Of a stretch of 64,000 nucleotides of DNA, positions 35,319-43,993 are shown in pieces (position 1 is the first letter of the stretch; the number at the start of each line of letters is the position of its first letter). The translations under genes were made by a program, and so were the position numbers. The notes under the pieces were generated by a model. That model worked only from the letters and a program-made list of their open reading frames with translations. It was not told the DNA's origin and made no database searches. The DNA is from a virus (Duplodnaviria > Caudoviricetes): IMG/VR virus record IMGVR_UViG_3300005512_000025, positions 1,863 to 65,862 of that record; one strand, 5' to 3'.

Positions 35319-35497
35319 GGATCCCTCCTTTGGTTGATGTCTCAACTATACAGCATCCGAGGTCCAAATGCCATACGTCAACAAAGCTTTACACAATGCC
35401 TCTGACAGCTCCTCCTTGGTTTCAGCGCACCTGGCTGCCAGGATGTATCCCTTGGCCAGGATGTTTGCCCTGCGCAGTTGCTTGCGCTGCTCTCCTG

Positions 35498-35755
35498 TCA
35501 CTTCTTGCGCTTGGGCTTGGCCCACTGAACCTCATCGCCGTCGACCAGTACCTCGAACTTAACGCCGAAAGCAGCCGCGGTCTCAGCGAAAACAATCGCG
35601 ATCTGCACCCAGGTGTCGTGCACCAGGTCCTGATCCCAGGCGTAGTTGCCTTTGACTGACTTCTGTTTGACCACCCGCAGTCGATTTAGTAGCTTCTCCA
35701 CGGCAGGCGGGAACAGTCGGGCGAAGTTTGCCTTCTTGGTGTCGATGTCAGCCAT
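35498..35755 (-). CDS. Hypothetical protein
   Basis: MADIDTKKANFARLFPPAVEKLL. Confidence 0.6.
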   Translation of the reverse strand: MADIDTKKANFARLFPPAVEKLLNRLRVVKQKSVKGNYAWDQDLVHDTWVQIAIVFAETAAAFGVKFEVLVDGDEVQWAKPKRKK

Positions 35756-35879
35756 TGTAATCCTCCAGGATGATGTTGAGATAGTGCTGAGCCTTGTCGG
35801 CATGTTTCTGGGCCTGATCTGCCTTGTACTTGTGGCGCAGGTACTTGGCGATCAGCTTCTCTTTGTGCTTGTCTTTCAT
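35748..35879 (-). CDS. Small basic protein
   Basis: MKDKHKEKLIAKYLRHK..., 43 aa. Confidence 0.5.
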   Translation of the reverse strand: MKDKHKEKLIAKYLRHKYKADQAQKHADKAQHYLNIILEDYNG

Positions 35880-36046
35880 TGGTGTGACTCCTTTTCGTAA
35901 CAGTTGCGGATGTGCTTGACAGCCTGGTAGGCCTTCTTGAATTCCTCCCGCTTGGCAGTGGCTTCAGGCGAGTCCCAGCCCTGCTCCCTGACAATGGCCA
36001 GCTCCTCGCGACCAATAACGGTGAGCCATGCTTTGGTGTAATTCAT
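35876..36046 (-). CDS. Small hypothetical protein
   Basis: MNYTKAWLTVIGREEL..., 56 aa, coupled. Confidence 0.55.
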   Translation of the reverse strand: MNYTKAWLTVIGREELAIVREQGWDSPEATAKREEFKKAYQAVKHIRNCYEKESHQ

Positions 36047-36297
36047 CAGTCCTCCAGGTAGGCTTCGATCAGATCCCCAGGGACAATGCCCAGGAGGTCA
36101 AACAGGTAGCTGTATCCTTCCGAATCATAGCGGCCGAAGTCAGCCTCCTCGATGGTGGCCTGAATGGCGTCACCTTTGACGGTCCAGGGTACGATTGAGT
36201 AGATGTACTCACCAAGGAGCATGTCCTCGATCCTGTCCAGGCCTTGGATGACTCGGCGGTTGTTGTGCAGTGTGACTGAGATGGTGCAGGTTTCCAT
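36046..36297 (-). CDS. Early hypothetical protein
   Basis: METCTISVTLHNN... after an AACCAAAGGAGG leader. Confidence 0.6.
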   Translation of the reverse strand: METCTISVTLHNNRRVIQGLDRIEDMLLGEYIYSIVPWTVKGDAIQATIEEADFGRYDSEGYSYLFDLLGIVPGDLIEAYLED

Positions 36298-36568
36298 GGA
36301 TTCCTCCTTTGGTTGATGTCTACAGTATGGCAATAAAAAAGCGGCCCGTCAAGGCCGCGTCATATTGCTTAACGTGCGTAGAAGAGTGGTGCTGACTGGA
36401 CTATGGCTGCGCAGATCAGGATGAAAATGATGTTGCCCAGGATGCTCTTGAAAGGATCGGTCATGGATGAGGTCCCAACTGATCATATTCTGGCTTCTGG
36501 ACTCGCCGAAGTCAAGGATTGTCAGCGGGAGCAAACCGAAGAAAAAGATTCTGAATATCTTTGCCCAT

Positions 36569-36592
36569 GAAAAAAGGGCCCGCAGGCCCCTT
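36569..36592 (-). terminator. Terminator after the DUF4278-like gene
   Basis: GGGGCC-TGCG-GGCCC followed by T6. Confidence 0.7.
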
Positions 36593-36594
36593 GA

Positions 36595-36702
36595 TCAGAT
36601 GAAGGTGGTGTACTTGATCCCTCGGTAGCAAAGCTCCTTTTGGGCGGCTTGCAGGGCGGCCTTCTTGAGGGCCTTCTTTTTGATCAGTGCTAGAACGTTC
36701 AT
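36595..36702 (-). CDS. DUF4278-like small peptide (GifB/IF17-related family)
   Basis: MNVLALIKKKALKKAALQAAQKELCYRGIKYTTFI, with L-x-YRG-x-x-Y motif. Confidence 0.7.
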   Translation of the reverse strand: MNVLALIKKKALKKAALQAAQKELCYRGIKYTTFI

Positions 36703-36717
36703 GGTCTTGTGGTCAAT

Positions 36718-36774
36718 GCCCAGGTCCCCGTCCTTTGGCCTGGATCGAGCTGCAACCCCTGAGGGTCGGACGCT
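36718..36774 (-). ncRNA. Glutamine-II (Downstream-peptide) riboswitch
   Basis: P1 CGTCC/GGACG, P2 GACCC/GGGTT, GCAG junction, pseudoknot CCAGG/CCTGG, GGGA after P1; ends ~16 nt before the YRG peptide start. Confidence 0.75.
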
Positions 36775-36834
36775 TATAACATAGACTACCCGATTACTGT
36801 AGCGAATGTTACTGAAACTGTATCAGCACGCAAC

Positions 36835-36856
36835 AAAAAAGGGGCCGAAGCCCCCT
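36835..36856 (-). terminator. Rho-independent terminator
   Basis: GGGGGC-TTCG-GCCCC followed by T6. Confidence 0.75.
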
Positions 36857-36873
36857 AAGTTGAGTATTTGTAC

Positions 36874-37059
36874 TTAGAGCCTGTAGTCACCTGGGTCCCG
36901 TTTTGAGAGAACCACTCCACCAAACTCAGGCTGAAGGTCGATAGCATTGCGGACGATCTCCTCGGTCAAGCCAAAGGAGCGATCTTTGCCAGACGGTTCA
37001 ACAAGGGCCCACATAAAGCGGGTCTTGCGAACGGTCCAGCCTTCAGGTAGTTGCTTCAT
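36874..37059 (-). CDS. Hypothetical protein
   Basis: 61 aa, coupled. Confidence 0.6.
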   Translation of the reverse strand: MKQLPEGWTVRKTRFMWALVEPSGKDRSFGLTEEIVRNAIDLQPEFGGVVLSKRDPGDYRL

Positions 37060-37520
37060 GAGAAAACGAGGTCAGTAGGGTGGGCAAGGAGGAGGATGTT
37101 TGGATTACCTGCGTCGAACTGTTTGCAGGCATCACCTTTTCCGAGACAACAGGTGTCGTCTTCGCGAAGGAAGACACGGACGCCTTCGGGTATGAACTTG
37201 GCAGCTCCCAGGGCATCCAGTAGCCCGTTCAGGCGCTCGCGAGTGGTGCGAGAGGGGCGGCCCTTGCTGTCGTAGAAATCGCCAGAAAAGACTCCAATAC
37301 CAGCGATGACGCGAGGGTTGAAAGGGTTGGCAACCAGGCGAATGATCTCCTTGTCGAACAACCGTACTGCAAGGGCAACGCAAGGGCAACAAGGGCAGTC
37401 CTTGAGGACGACCTCGGTATTCCCTGCCTTCCCGTCCTGAAATCCCTCAGGGCCATGGACCATGTACTGGCGGATCTTATCTACCGCAAACTGCGTCAAT
37501 TGACGATTGGATCTTGCCAT
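37056..37520 (-). CDS. Hypothetical early protein
   Basis: 154 aa with GxPSRTTRERLNGLLDAL motif. Confidence 0.65.
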   Translation of the reverse strand: MARSNRQLTQFAVDKIRQYMVHGPEGFQDGKAGNTEVVLKDCPCCPCVALAVRLFDKEIIRLVANPFNPRVIAGIGVFSGDFYDSKGRPSRTTRERLNGLLDALGAAKFIPEGVRVFLREDDTCCLGKGDACKQFDAGNPNILLLAHPTDLVFS

Positions 37521-37762
37521 CAGCCCACCTCCTCGTCGTAGGCCTTCAGGACTTCAGCCAGGTACTCGGTAGGAGCGTCTGCATACGGATAGTCGGCTTC
37601 GTACTGTCTGACCAGTTCCTCGACATTGCGGTCATCCAGCAGCAGGTCAACCAGGTACTGGCGAACCCAGCGATTGCGATTGGTCTTAACACTGACCCTC
37701 ATCAGATGCTCTGCCAGTAAATGGCAAGAGTCCTTCATTTCTCGAATGCTTTGCTCAATCAC
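37520..37762 (-). CDS. Hypothetical protein
   Basis: 80 aa, CCAAAGGAGG leader. Confidence 0.6.
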   Translation of the reverse strand: MIEQSIREMKDSCHLLAEHLMRVSVKTNRNRWVRQYLVDLLLDDRNVEELVRQYEADYPYADAPTEYLAEVLKAYDEEVG

Positions 37763-37886
37763 GGTTGTCCTCCTTTGGGTAAAGTTTTGCGATGGTTTCG
37801 TGGTAGCCAGGCGGCTGTAGGTCTGGCCGTCTTTTCAAGATAGCCGTCCAGTCGATACCCTGGACTGGCTTTTCACTTTTCTTCAT
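37755..37886 (-). CDS. Small hypothetical protein
   Basis: IDWTAILKRRPDLQPPGY, 43 aa. Confidence 0.55.
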   Translation of the reverse strand: MKKSEKPVQGIDWTAILKRRPDLQPPGYHETIAKLYPKEDNRD

Positions 37887-38221
37887 AGTGCCCCTTTTCC
37901 GTACCACCACTCCCTGTCCTCTTTGCTGAGGCGGAAGTAGTAAAATGTCTTGACTTCCTCCCACTCCGCTCCTGAGGCATCAACTCCTCGAACGGAGTAA
38001 GAATGGCAGCGGCGAACAGACAGATCAGCAACAAACCGACGACCAATGCGTCGCCACGAGGGCTGTTTGCCACGCCACTGAAGGGAACAGCTGGGCCAGG
38101 GGAGTTCGTTTCTGTCGTAGAGACGGCATACGGGGCCAAGGACCTCGTAGACGAAGCTACCGCCAGGAGATCGAATGCGTTTACCTGATTCATAGATCAT
38201 TTGAAGAAGCGTGCGAAGCAC
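37883..38221 (-). CDS. Conserved cyanobacterial/cyanophage hypothetical protein
   Basis: YDRNELPWPSCSLQWRGKQPSWRRIG.RFVAD. Confidence 0.65.
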   Translation of the reverse strand: MLRTLLQMIYESGKRIRSPGGSFVYEVLGPVCRLYDRNELPWPSCSLQWRGKQPSWRRIGRRFVADLSVRRCHSYSVRGVDASGAEWEEVKTFYYFRLSKEDREWWYGKGAL

Positions 38222-38324
38222 CAGTAGTACCAGACCAGGGTGGCTCCCAGTCCGATGGCGATGGCGAGTCCTGCCAGGTTCAGAGTAAAAACTAGCAGGT
38301 TTGTGTAGTACTCAGTTTGAGTCA

Positions 38325-38558
38325 TCAGGCAGGCTCCGCGAAGTCGGACAGGTTGACAACTTTGCCGTTGATGATGGCGTTGCAATCAAGCAGTGCGTCA
38401 TCGAACTGGTGCACGTAGTCCATCACTTCTTCGATGTCTTCGACTTGGAGCTCGGTAACAGTTGGCTGGAACTCCTTGCCGTCAAGCTCGATGACATCAA
38501 GGAACTCGCTGGCGCGGGACTGCTTGAAGTTAAAGCGGGCGATGATTGGATCGGTCAT
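38325..38558 (-). CDS. Early hypothetical protein
   Basis: MTDPIIARFNFKQ... after an AACCAAAGGAGG leader. Confidence 0.6.
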   Translation of the reverse strand: MTDPIIARFNFKQSRASEFLDVIELDGKEFQPTVTELQVEDIEEVMDYVHQFDDALLDCNAIINGKVVNLSDFAEPA

Positions 38559-38613
38559 GGTGTGTACCTCCTTTGGTTGGTATGTGAAAAGCATAGCACA
38601 AGACGACAGGGCG

Positions 38614-38844
38614 TCAAGTGCCCTGCGTGTCGATCTTGATCAAGGTGCCGTCAAGCTGCTTCAAGGGCGGGATCGCCTCGTAGTTGCGGGCCTTGGCGTC
38701 TGCTACCAGACGTGCCAGATGAGCAACCTCTGCCAGGGCAATGTGGTACCCAGCAGTGTTGCCCATTGCTTTAGCTGCAATCATTGCCTCGTGGGCACGA
38801 TTCATTGCGCCAACGCGGCGCTCGTAAAAACCTGTTGGAAGCAT
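38614..38844 (-). CDS. Hypothetical protein
   Basis: 76 aa; GATAGACT promoter-like motif upstream. Confidence 0.6.
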   Translation of the reverse strand: MLPTGFYERRVGAMNRAHEAMIAAKAMGNTAGYHIALAEVAHLARLVADAKARNYEAIPPLKQLDGTLIKIDTQGT

Positions 38845-38872
38845 GGGGCAGTTTTGCGACTACCCCAGTCTA

Positions 38873-40438
38873 TCACTGATCGACCTTGGCCGCTTGGGCC
38901 GTCTTCTCTTGTTCAGACTTTCCTTCCGTTTCGGGGGACTGGACTGTCTTTTTCTCTGCCAGCTCAACTTCGTGCGCCTCGCGCTCTGCCGTGTCCTCTT
39001 CGATGCGCTCAATCTCGTCTTCAACCACCAGGTCAGGATCGAGGACACCACCACGCTGCAGCTCATCCAATACAGTCCTGCGGGACATCAGTCCATTGCT
39101 GTACAGATTGACCAGTTGAGCCATCTCAGAGGCCTCCAGGGGCTTGCTCATCAGCGAGTCGTTAATCGCTAGGCCAGACTCACTGGTGATCGCCGACTGC
39201 TCCCCCGCATACCAGGCCCAGAGGCGCATCAGGATGCCGAACATGGCCGCCTTGTTGCGAGTTAACGAGGCAACACTAGAAGCAACCTGAGAGGCCCTGA
39301 GGGATGCCTCGGTGGCTGTCTTGACATTGGCTCCGTAAAGGAAGTTCAGGGAGCTGCGGTCCATCAGCTGCTCAACGTGCTGAATCTCCTGCTGATGACG
39401 CTCAAGACTCTTGCCAGATGGCTCAGCAAAGGAAAAGTCGCCACCCTCTGCAGACAGGTCGACAGCTGTGTTGGGTCCCAGGATCAAAGGGGCAGGCTTG
39501 CCGTCAGGGCCAATAGGCGCACCCTTGCGAACAGGGACAGGCATTGCGCACTTATGCAGCAGTTCAGTTAGGTCTGAACGCATCTGGAAGTGCTGGATGC
39601 TCAGCTCGGCCAGGCCGTCCATGGGCAGGTCACCCTGTGCGAAACGGGTGGTGGTGGCGCCATACCACACCAAGGGCACGATAGGCAAGCTGGTGTTAAT
39701 CTCATCGATCTTCTGGTTGGACCAGCGACTGGCGTCTGACTTGACGAGGCGGTAGGTCTCGACCTTACCAGGTGTCAGCACGTAGTAAATGGGCTCAACC
39801 TGGCTGCCATAGCCCTCAGCGGCTGTAGAACGAAGCTGGCGGACGGTGACGCGCTCAATCATTTCACGGCCCCGCTCATAGCTGACCTGCCAGTTAATTA
39901 CGTCGGAACGCTCGATTGAGATGAAATAGGGATGGCGCCCGTCGTTCATCTGATCAAAGAAATTATCACTACCGCTGTCGGGCATCATGTCAACCATCAC
40001 GAAACTGCCGCCGTCACGCAGCGTCATCTCGTCAACACGGGTCAGGAAGCTCGTCATGCTGGAGCCCTGCAGGTCGACGTTGTCGTCATTGGCCTTCATT
40101 GACTCAGGGGCATCAATGATCTGGAAACGGCTCAGCAGTCCAGCGTAGGAGCGAATGCTGTCGCGGTAGATCGGCGTGTAGGTGGCGCGATCACGGCGTG
40201 CTTTGTACGCAGGATTAGGCTCTGCGGGCTCCTTGTGCAGATACTTCCCCTTGGCAACTCCAAGGCCGTCGGCGTTGAGAAGTGTCCAGCAGTCGTAGGC
40301 CTGCTCTAGCTGAGGAAGAAGCTTGACCAGCTCAGGGCGATGGTAGCTCACCAGCTCTGGGTCGTTGATCGGGTGATTAATGCCGTGCATGAGAATCCGT
40401 CTCGGAAGGTTGGGTAACAGTGGCATCACGCCAGCCAT
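38873..40438 (-). CDS. Portal protein (DUF4055-like)
   Basis: YLHKEPAEPNPAYKARRDRA...DNVDLQGSS...IPLVWY...KTATEA; 521 aa; late motif at 40444-40453. Confidence 0.85.
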   Translation of the reverse strand: MAGVMPLLPNLPRRILMHGINHPINDPELVSYHRPELVKLLPQLEQAYDCWTLLNADGLGVAKGKYLHKEPAEPNPAYKARRDRATYTPIYRDSIRSYAGLLSRFQIIDAPESMKANDDNVDLQGSSMTSFLTRVDEMTLRDGGSFVMVDMMPDSGSDNFFDQMNDGRHPYFISIERSDVINWQVSYERGREMIERVTVRQLRSTAAEGYGSQVEPIYYVLTPGKVETYRLVKSDASRWSNQKIDEINTSLPIVPLVWYGATTTRFAQGDLPMDGLAELSIQHFQMRSDLTELLHKCAMPVPVRKGAPIGPDGKPAPLILGPNTAVDLSAEGGDFSFAEPSGKSLERHQQEIQHVEQLMDRSSLNFLYGANVKTATEASLRASQVASSVASLTRNKAAMFGILMRLWAWYAGEQSAITSESGLAINDSLMSKPLEASEMAQLVNLYSNGLMSRRTVLDELQRGGVLDPDLVVEDEIERIEEDTAEREAHEVELAEKKTVQSPETEGKSEQEKTAQAAKVDQ

Positions 40439-40460
40439 TCTTATTAGGTTGCCTTTGCAT

Positions 40461-40483
40461 GAAAAAAGGGCCCGAAGGCCCTT
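40461..40483 (-). terminator. Rho-independent terminator
   Basis: AAGGGCC-TTCG-GGCCC followed by T6. Confidence 0.75.
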
Positions 40484-40486
40484 GGA

Positions 40487-40993
40487 TCATCCTTTCGAGA
40501 CCTGAACTCCTTGGTCTCCTTGGTAGCGACCCGTTGAGGCGTATGTCCTCATCGGTGTCTCGTCCAATTTGGCAAACCTCAGTTGACCAATGCGCATACC
40601 GTGCTCCAAGGGGAGGCGGTGATAGCGATTGACGTTGACCAGCTCCAGGGTGACGCGACCACGAAAGCCAGGATCAATGTAGCCAGCCATGAGGTGCTCG
40701 TAGCCTTCTCGACCTCGGGACGACTTCAAGTTGAAGACGCATTCAAGGTTGCCTGGGACACGGATCAGCTCCTGGGTAGCAGCAAGGACGAACTCTCCAG
40801 GGGCCAGGCTGTAGACACCGTTCTCGATGTCCACTTCGACCCAGCGCTCCTCCCCTGAGCCGCCCTCCCTGAGGATGGTGGGCCCCAGGGTGACGTCGAT
40901 AGAAGCAGGGTTAATCATCTCGGGAGTAAAGGGCTCCACAAGACCCATGTTTTTGCACAGGTTGCGGAGCTGGTGGTCGACTAGAGTAGCCAT
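40487..40993 (-). CDS. dcd: dCTP deaminase
   Basis: INPASIDVTLG, KSSRGREG, AGYIDPGFRGRVTLEL, RIGQL, RYQGDQGV. Confidence 0.93.
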   Translation of the reverse strand: MATLVDHQLRNLCKNMGLVEPFTPEMINPASIDVTLGPTILREGGSGEERWVEVDIENGVYSLAPGEFVLAATQELIRVPGNLECVFNLKSSRGREGYEHLMAGYIDPGFRGRVTLELVNVNRYHRLPLEHGMRIGQLRFAKLDETPMRTYASTGRYQGDQGVQVSKG

Positions 40994-43344
40994 CAGTTCT
41001 TGCCCTCCAGCTCATCCTTCTCTGCCTTGGCGATGCAAGCAGCTGATGTGCAGGCGGTTACGGACTCGATGTTCCAGTCAGAGGAATCGTACTTGTTGAG
41101 GACCTCGAGGAAGTCCACGTCCTCATCACGACCGATCTCCTGGATCATTTTGAGCTCATCGTACTTCTCCTTACTGATCGGCTCGAAGGGCAGGCGGGGG
41201 AAGGTTCCACCGTCTACATCGAAGCGGGCCAGCAGAGCGGCAGAAATGTAGCCGCCGTCGTTCTGGATGTCGTTGTGGATCAACTTGGCCAGTGTGGGCA
41301 CCTCATGAGCACGCAGTTCAATGGTTGCAGACGTGTTGTGGTCCGTGTACCAGTTCTGAACTTGCATGTAGAGGCCGTATTGAGCTTCGACAGGGAGATA
41401 GGCCAGGTCGAACTGATCACAGCCAGGCAGGTTAGCCCAGCTCACTTCGGTTGGGATTTCGACCAGAACTTCTTGAACTCGTGGGTCTGTAATGTCATCC
41501 AGAAGGTTGCCCTTTTCGTCACGAGCGGACTGAGCGGGGATGACTGAATATCCTGTCTCCAGGAGAGCTGCGACCAGTGGATCATTGACACCAAGAGTAA
41601 TACGACGGATGAAGCGCTGCGCTTTAGGGGGATGCCAGCCAGAGGAAGCACCTGTCAGCAGGCTCTTGGTGCCCGCGGGCTGCACGGTTGTGATGCGATT
41701 CGGTGTACGAATCTTGTGGGTGTTGCAGTAGTCGCGAACACCTTGGCGAGCAGCGATAGCAAAACGCTCCAGGTACATGGCCTCGACCTCTTTGAAATAG
41801 GCCGCACGGCGACCACCCTCAGGACGACCCTTCATCATCCAGCTCAGCCACTCGGAACCGCAAGCATGAACGAGGAAATCAAACAGACCAGTAAAGCTGA
41901 CACCAACAATAGGATCGATCTCACGAGAGTACTGGTACCGCTCATGAACGAACTCGTGTTGCAGAAGTGCAGCCACCTGTAGGCCAGCAGCGTAAAAAGC
42001 GTCGGCTTGTCCTTTTGCATCTTTGGGGTCCAGGGTGTTCAGGTGTACCTCGGCCAGGTTGCAGTGGAAGTCACGGCCAATGATCTCACCACAGGGGTTG
42101 AGGCCATAGCGGTCCATGCGGTGCTGCAATTCGCGCTCATCCAGCTCGGGAGCCAGGATCTTCAGGAAGGACAGACCAGCCTCGCGGCCACCCTCGCTGT
42201 AGTCACGGATGAAGGCGGACTTCAGAACGGGAGTATTCAACAGGTCAGCATTGGCGCGGGCTACTGCCTCGGGCACGTACTGGATAGCACCCTCGCCAGA
42301 CTCAAGCTGCATCTGGACAGCAGTCTCGATCTCTTCGTAGCTGGGCTTGGTGTGGTAGCAGCGGGTGTGGTTTGCCATCCGCAGGGCTTCCTTCTCACGG
42401 TCTACAGACCACTTACCGTCCTCGTCCTGGCGGTAGAGCCCGAGCTTGGCTGAGGCTGCGGCGCGGTCATCCTGAGAAAATTGTCGCATCCCAGCAGAGC
42501 GACGAATGTTACCAGCAACGATACACGCAGCAGCTTCGTCAATAAGCAGGCAGGCTTCGACTGTGGTGAGCTTTCTTCCATTGGCCTTGTTGAGGAGGTT
42601 GATGACTTTCTGGAACATTTGCTCCAGGTTGATCGGATTAGAGGTGCCGCCAAACCCCTGAAGACGCTCTCCAGCAGGTCGAACGTTGCTCAGGTCCAGA
42701 TGCAGGCGGATATGGCCGCCGTTGCGAGCTAGGCCTCTGTAGGCCAGGTTGATGACGAACTGGTAAGCATCGCGCCAGCCTTGACGAGAGTCGCCTACAG
42801 ACAGGAAGACGATTCCAGAGGGAAGCAGGGTCTCGTACTTAGTCAGCTCGCAGCGGTCCTTGGCTGGCTTGGTGCCAACAGGGCTGACTCCAACCAGTTC
42901 GATGGTGTTCTCGATTTCTGGAAGTTGGTCGATGACATCCTGTTCCAGGACAGCGCCAGTGCCAGAGCCTTGCATTGCCAGGTCGACCAGTAGGCCGAAG
43001 GCATCCAGGTCCTCGATGTGAGTACTGGTGCAGTTGTAGTAGCCAGAGAAATTCTCGGGCCTTTTACCCCACTCAGTGCCAGCTACCCAGAAGGCGCGAC
43101 CTGAAGGGAAAGCATGTTGTGCCAAAGCCTGCTCCTTAACCAGCTCGGCCTCCTGGATGGTGAATTTACCAATGCGAGCAATGTCCTCGACGGTGCGGGT
43201 CATTGCCTCCTGGAAGTTCTCACGGGTGCCGTCCGCTTTACGGCGGCTATAGGTGCGGTAGAACACGGTCTCCGCTGATGGTGCTGATGGACGGAATTCT
43301 TGCATAGGGCTCAAGCGCGTAGGGAAAGGTTGCCTAACCAGCAT
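40993..43344 (-). CDS. nrdJ: Class II (adenosylcobalamin) ribonucleotide reductase, RTPR type
   Basis: PSGRAFW, YNCT, AGNIRRSA, GLNPCGEI...CNLAEV, TTVQPAGT; no small subunit gene; likely start MQEFRPS. Confidence 0.92.
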   Translation of the reverse strand: MLVRQPFPTRLSPMQEFRPSAPSAETVFYRTYSRRKADGTRENFQEAMTRTVEDIARIGKFTIQEAELVKEQALAQHAFPSGRAFWVAGTEWGKRPENFSGYYNCTSTHIEDLDAFGLLVDLAMQGSGTGAVLEQDVIDQLPEIENTIELVGVSPVGTKPAKDRCELTKYETLLPSGIVFLSVGDSRQGWRDAYQFVINLAYRGLARNGGHIRLHLDLSNVRPAGERLQGFGGTSNPINLEQMFQKVINLLNKANGRKLTTVEACLLIDEAAACIVAGNIRRSAGMRQFSQDDRAAASAKLGLYRQDEDGKWSVDREKEALRMANHTRCYHTKPSYEEIETAVQMQLESGEGAIQYVPEAVARANADLLNTPVLKSAFIRDYSEGGREAGLSFLKILAPELDERELQHRMDRYGLNPCGEIIGRDFHCNLAEVHLNTLDPKDAKGQADAFYAAGLQVAALLQHEFVHERYQYSREIDPIVGVSFTGLFDFLVHACGSEWLSWMMKGRPEGGRRAAYFKEVEAMYLERFAIAARQGVRDYCNTHKIRTPNRITTVQPAGTKSLLTGASSGWHPPKAQRFIRRITLGVNDPLVAALLETGYSVIPAQSARDEKGNLLDDITDPRVQEVLVEIPTEVSWANLPGCDQFDLAYLPVEAQYGLYMQVQNWYTDHNTSATIELRAHEVPTLAKLIHNDIQNDGGYISAALLARFDVDGGTFPRLPFEPISKEKYDELKMIQEIGRDEDVDFLEVLNKYDSSDWNIESVTACTSAACIAKAEKDELEGKN

Positions 43345-43395
43345 ACATAAAGAAAGGGGCCTTGCGACCCCTCTGTGACAGATTTGTAACTTAGC

Positions 43396-43599
43396 TTAAT
43401 CCTCTTCGACTGTCAGGCGAGACCAAGCTGTGTAGGTCTGGTCGAAGGTGCGAGCTGCCTCGTACTCGGAGTTGGCACGGACCTTGAAGGTGCCGAACAC
43501 ATACCGAGAGTCTGGCGGCAGGGTGCGGCGTTGGGCGAAGACGACGAACTCGCGGGAGTTAAAGTCGTTGCTGAACAGGTGTGAAAAAAAGCTAAACAT
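43396..43599 (-). CDS. Small hypothetical protein
   Basis: 67 aa. Confidence 0.55.
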   Translation of the reverse strand: MFSFFSHLFSNDFNSREFVVFAQRRTLPPDSRYVFGTFKVRANSEYEAARTFDQTYTAWSRLTVEED

Positions 43600-43601
43600 A
43601 A

Positions 43602-43781
43602 TCAGTCGCAGCGGCAGTGGGCGGAATCTGGACGGAGAGCGCACTCACGCTCAAAGTAGGTGGAAGGAGATTCCAGCCATTTGCGCTGCTGAGTAGCCAT
43701 CGGAGACGGATCAGCCTCGATGTAGTCGGAGTTGTAGACGGTGTCGCAGGTGCAGTTTTTGCAGGGTGCTTTGCAGGTCAT
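43602..43781 (-). CDS. CP12-like protein
   Basis: C-terminal YFERECALRPDSAHCRCD resembles the CP12 tail FExxCxxxPxxxxCRxxD. Confidence 0.45.
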   Translation of the reverse strand: MTCKAPCKNCTCDTVYNSDYIEADPSPMATQQRKWLESPSTYFERECALRPDSAHCRCD

Positions 43782-43831
43782 GGGTTCCTCTTGGTAACGT
43801 TGATTGAGTCGGGTGAGGCAGAAGCCAGGGA

Positions 43832-43963
43832 TCACTTGCCCTGGCCACGGTACGGCTTTTGACCCTTCTTCTTGAAGGAGCCGCGCTTACGAAGGCCTTC
43901 GCCTTGACTGGTCCGCTTCTTGGGACCACGTTGGAACAGTTCGCCAGATTGATACATTGCCAT
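43832..43963 (-). CDS. Small basic protein
   Basis: GPKKRTSQGEG...KPYRGQGK, 43 aa. Confidence 0.55.
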   Translation of the reverse strand: MAMYQSGELFQRGPKKRTSQGEGLRKRGSFKKKGQKPYRGQGK

Positions 43964-43993
43964 GGGATTCAGGGATAGGTGAACAGATTCATT

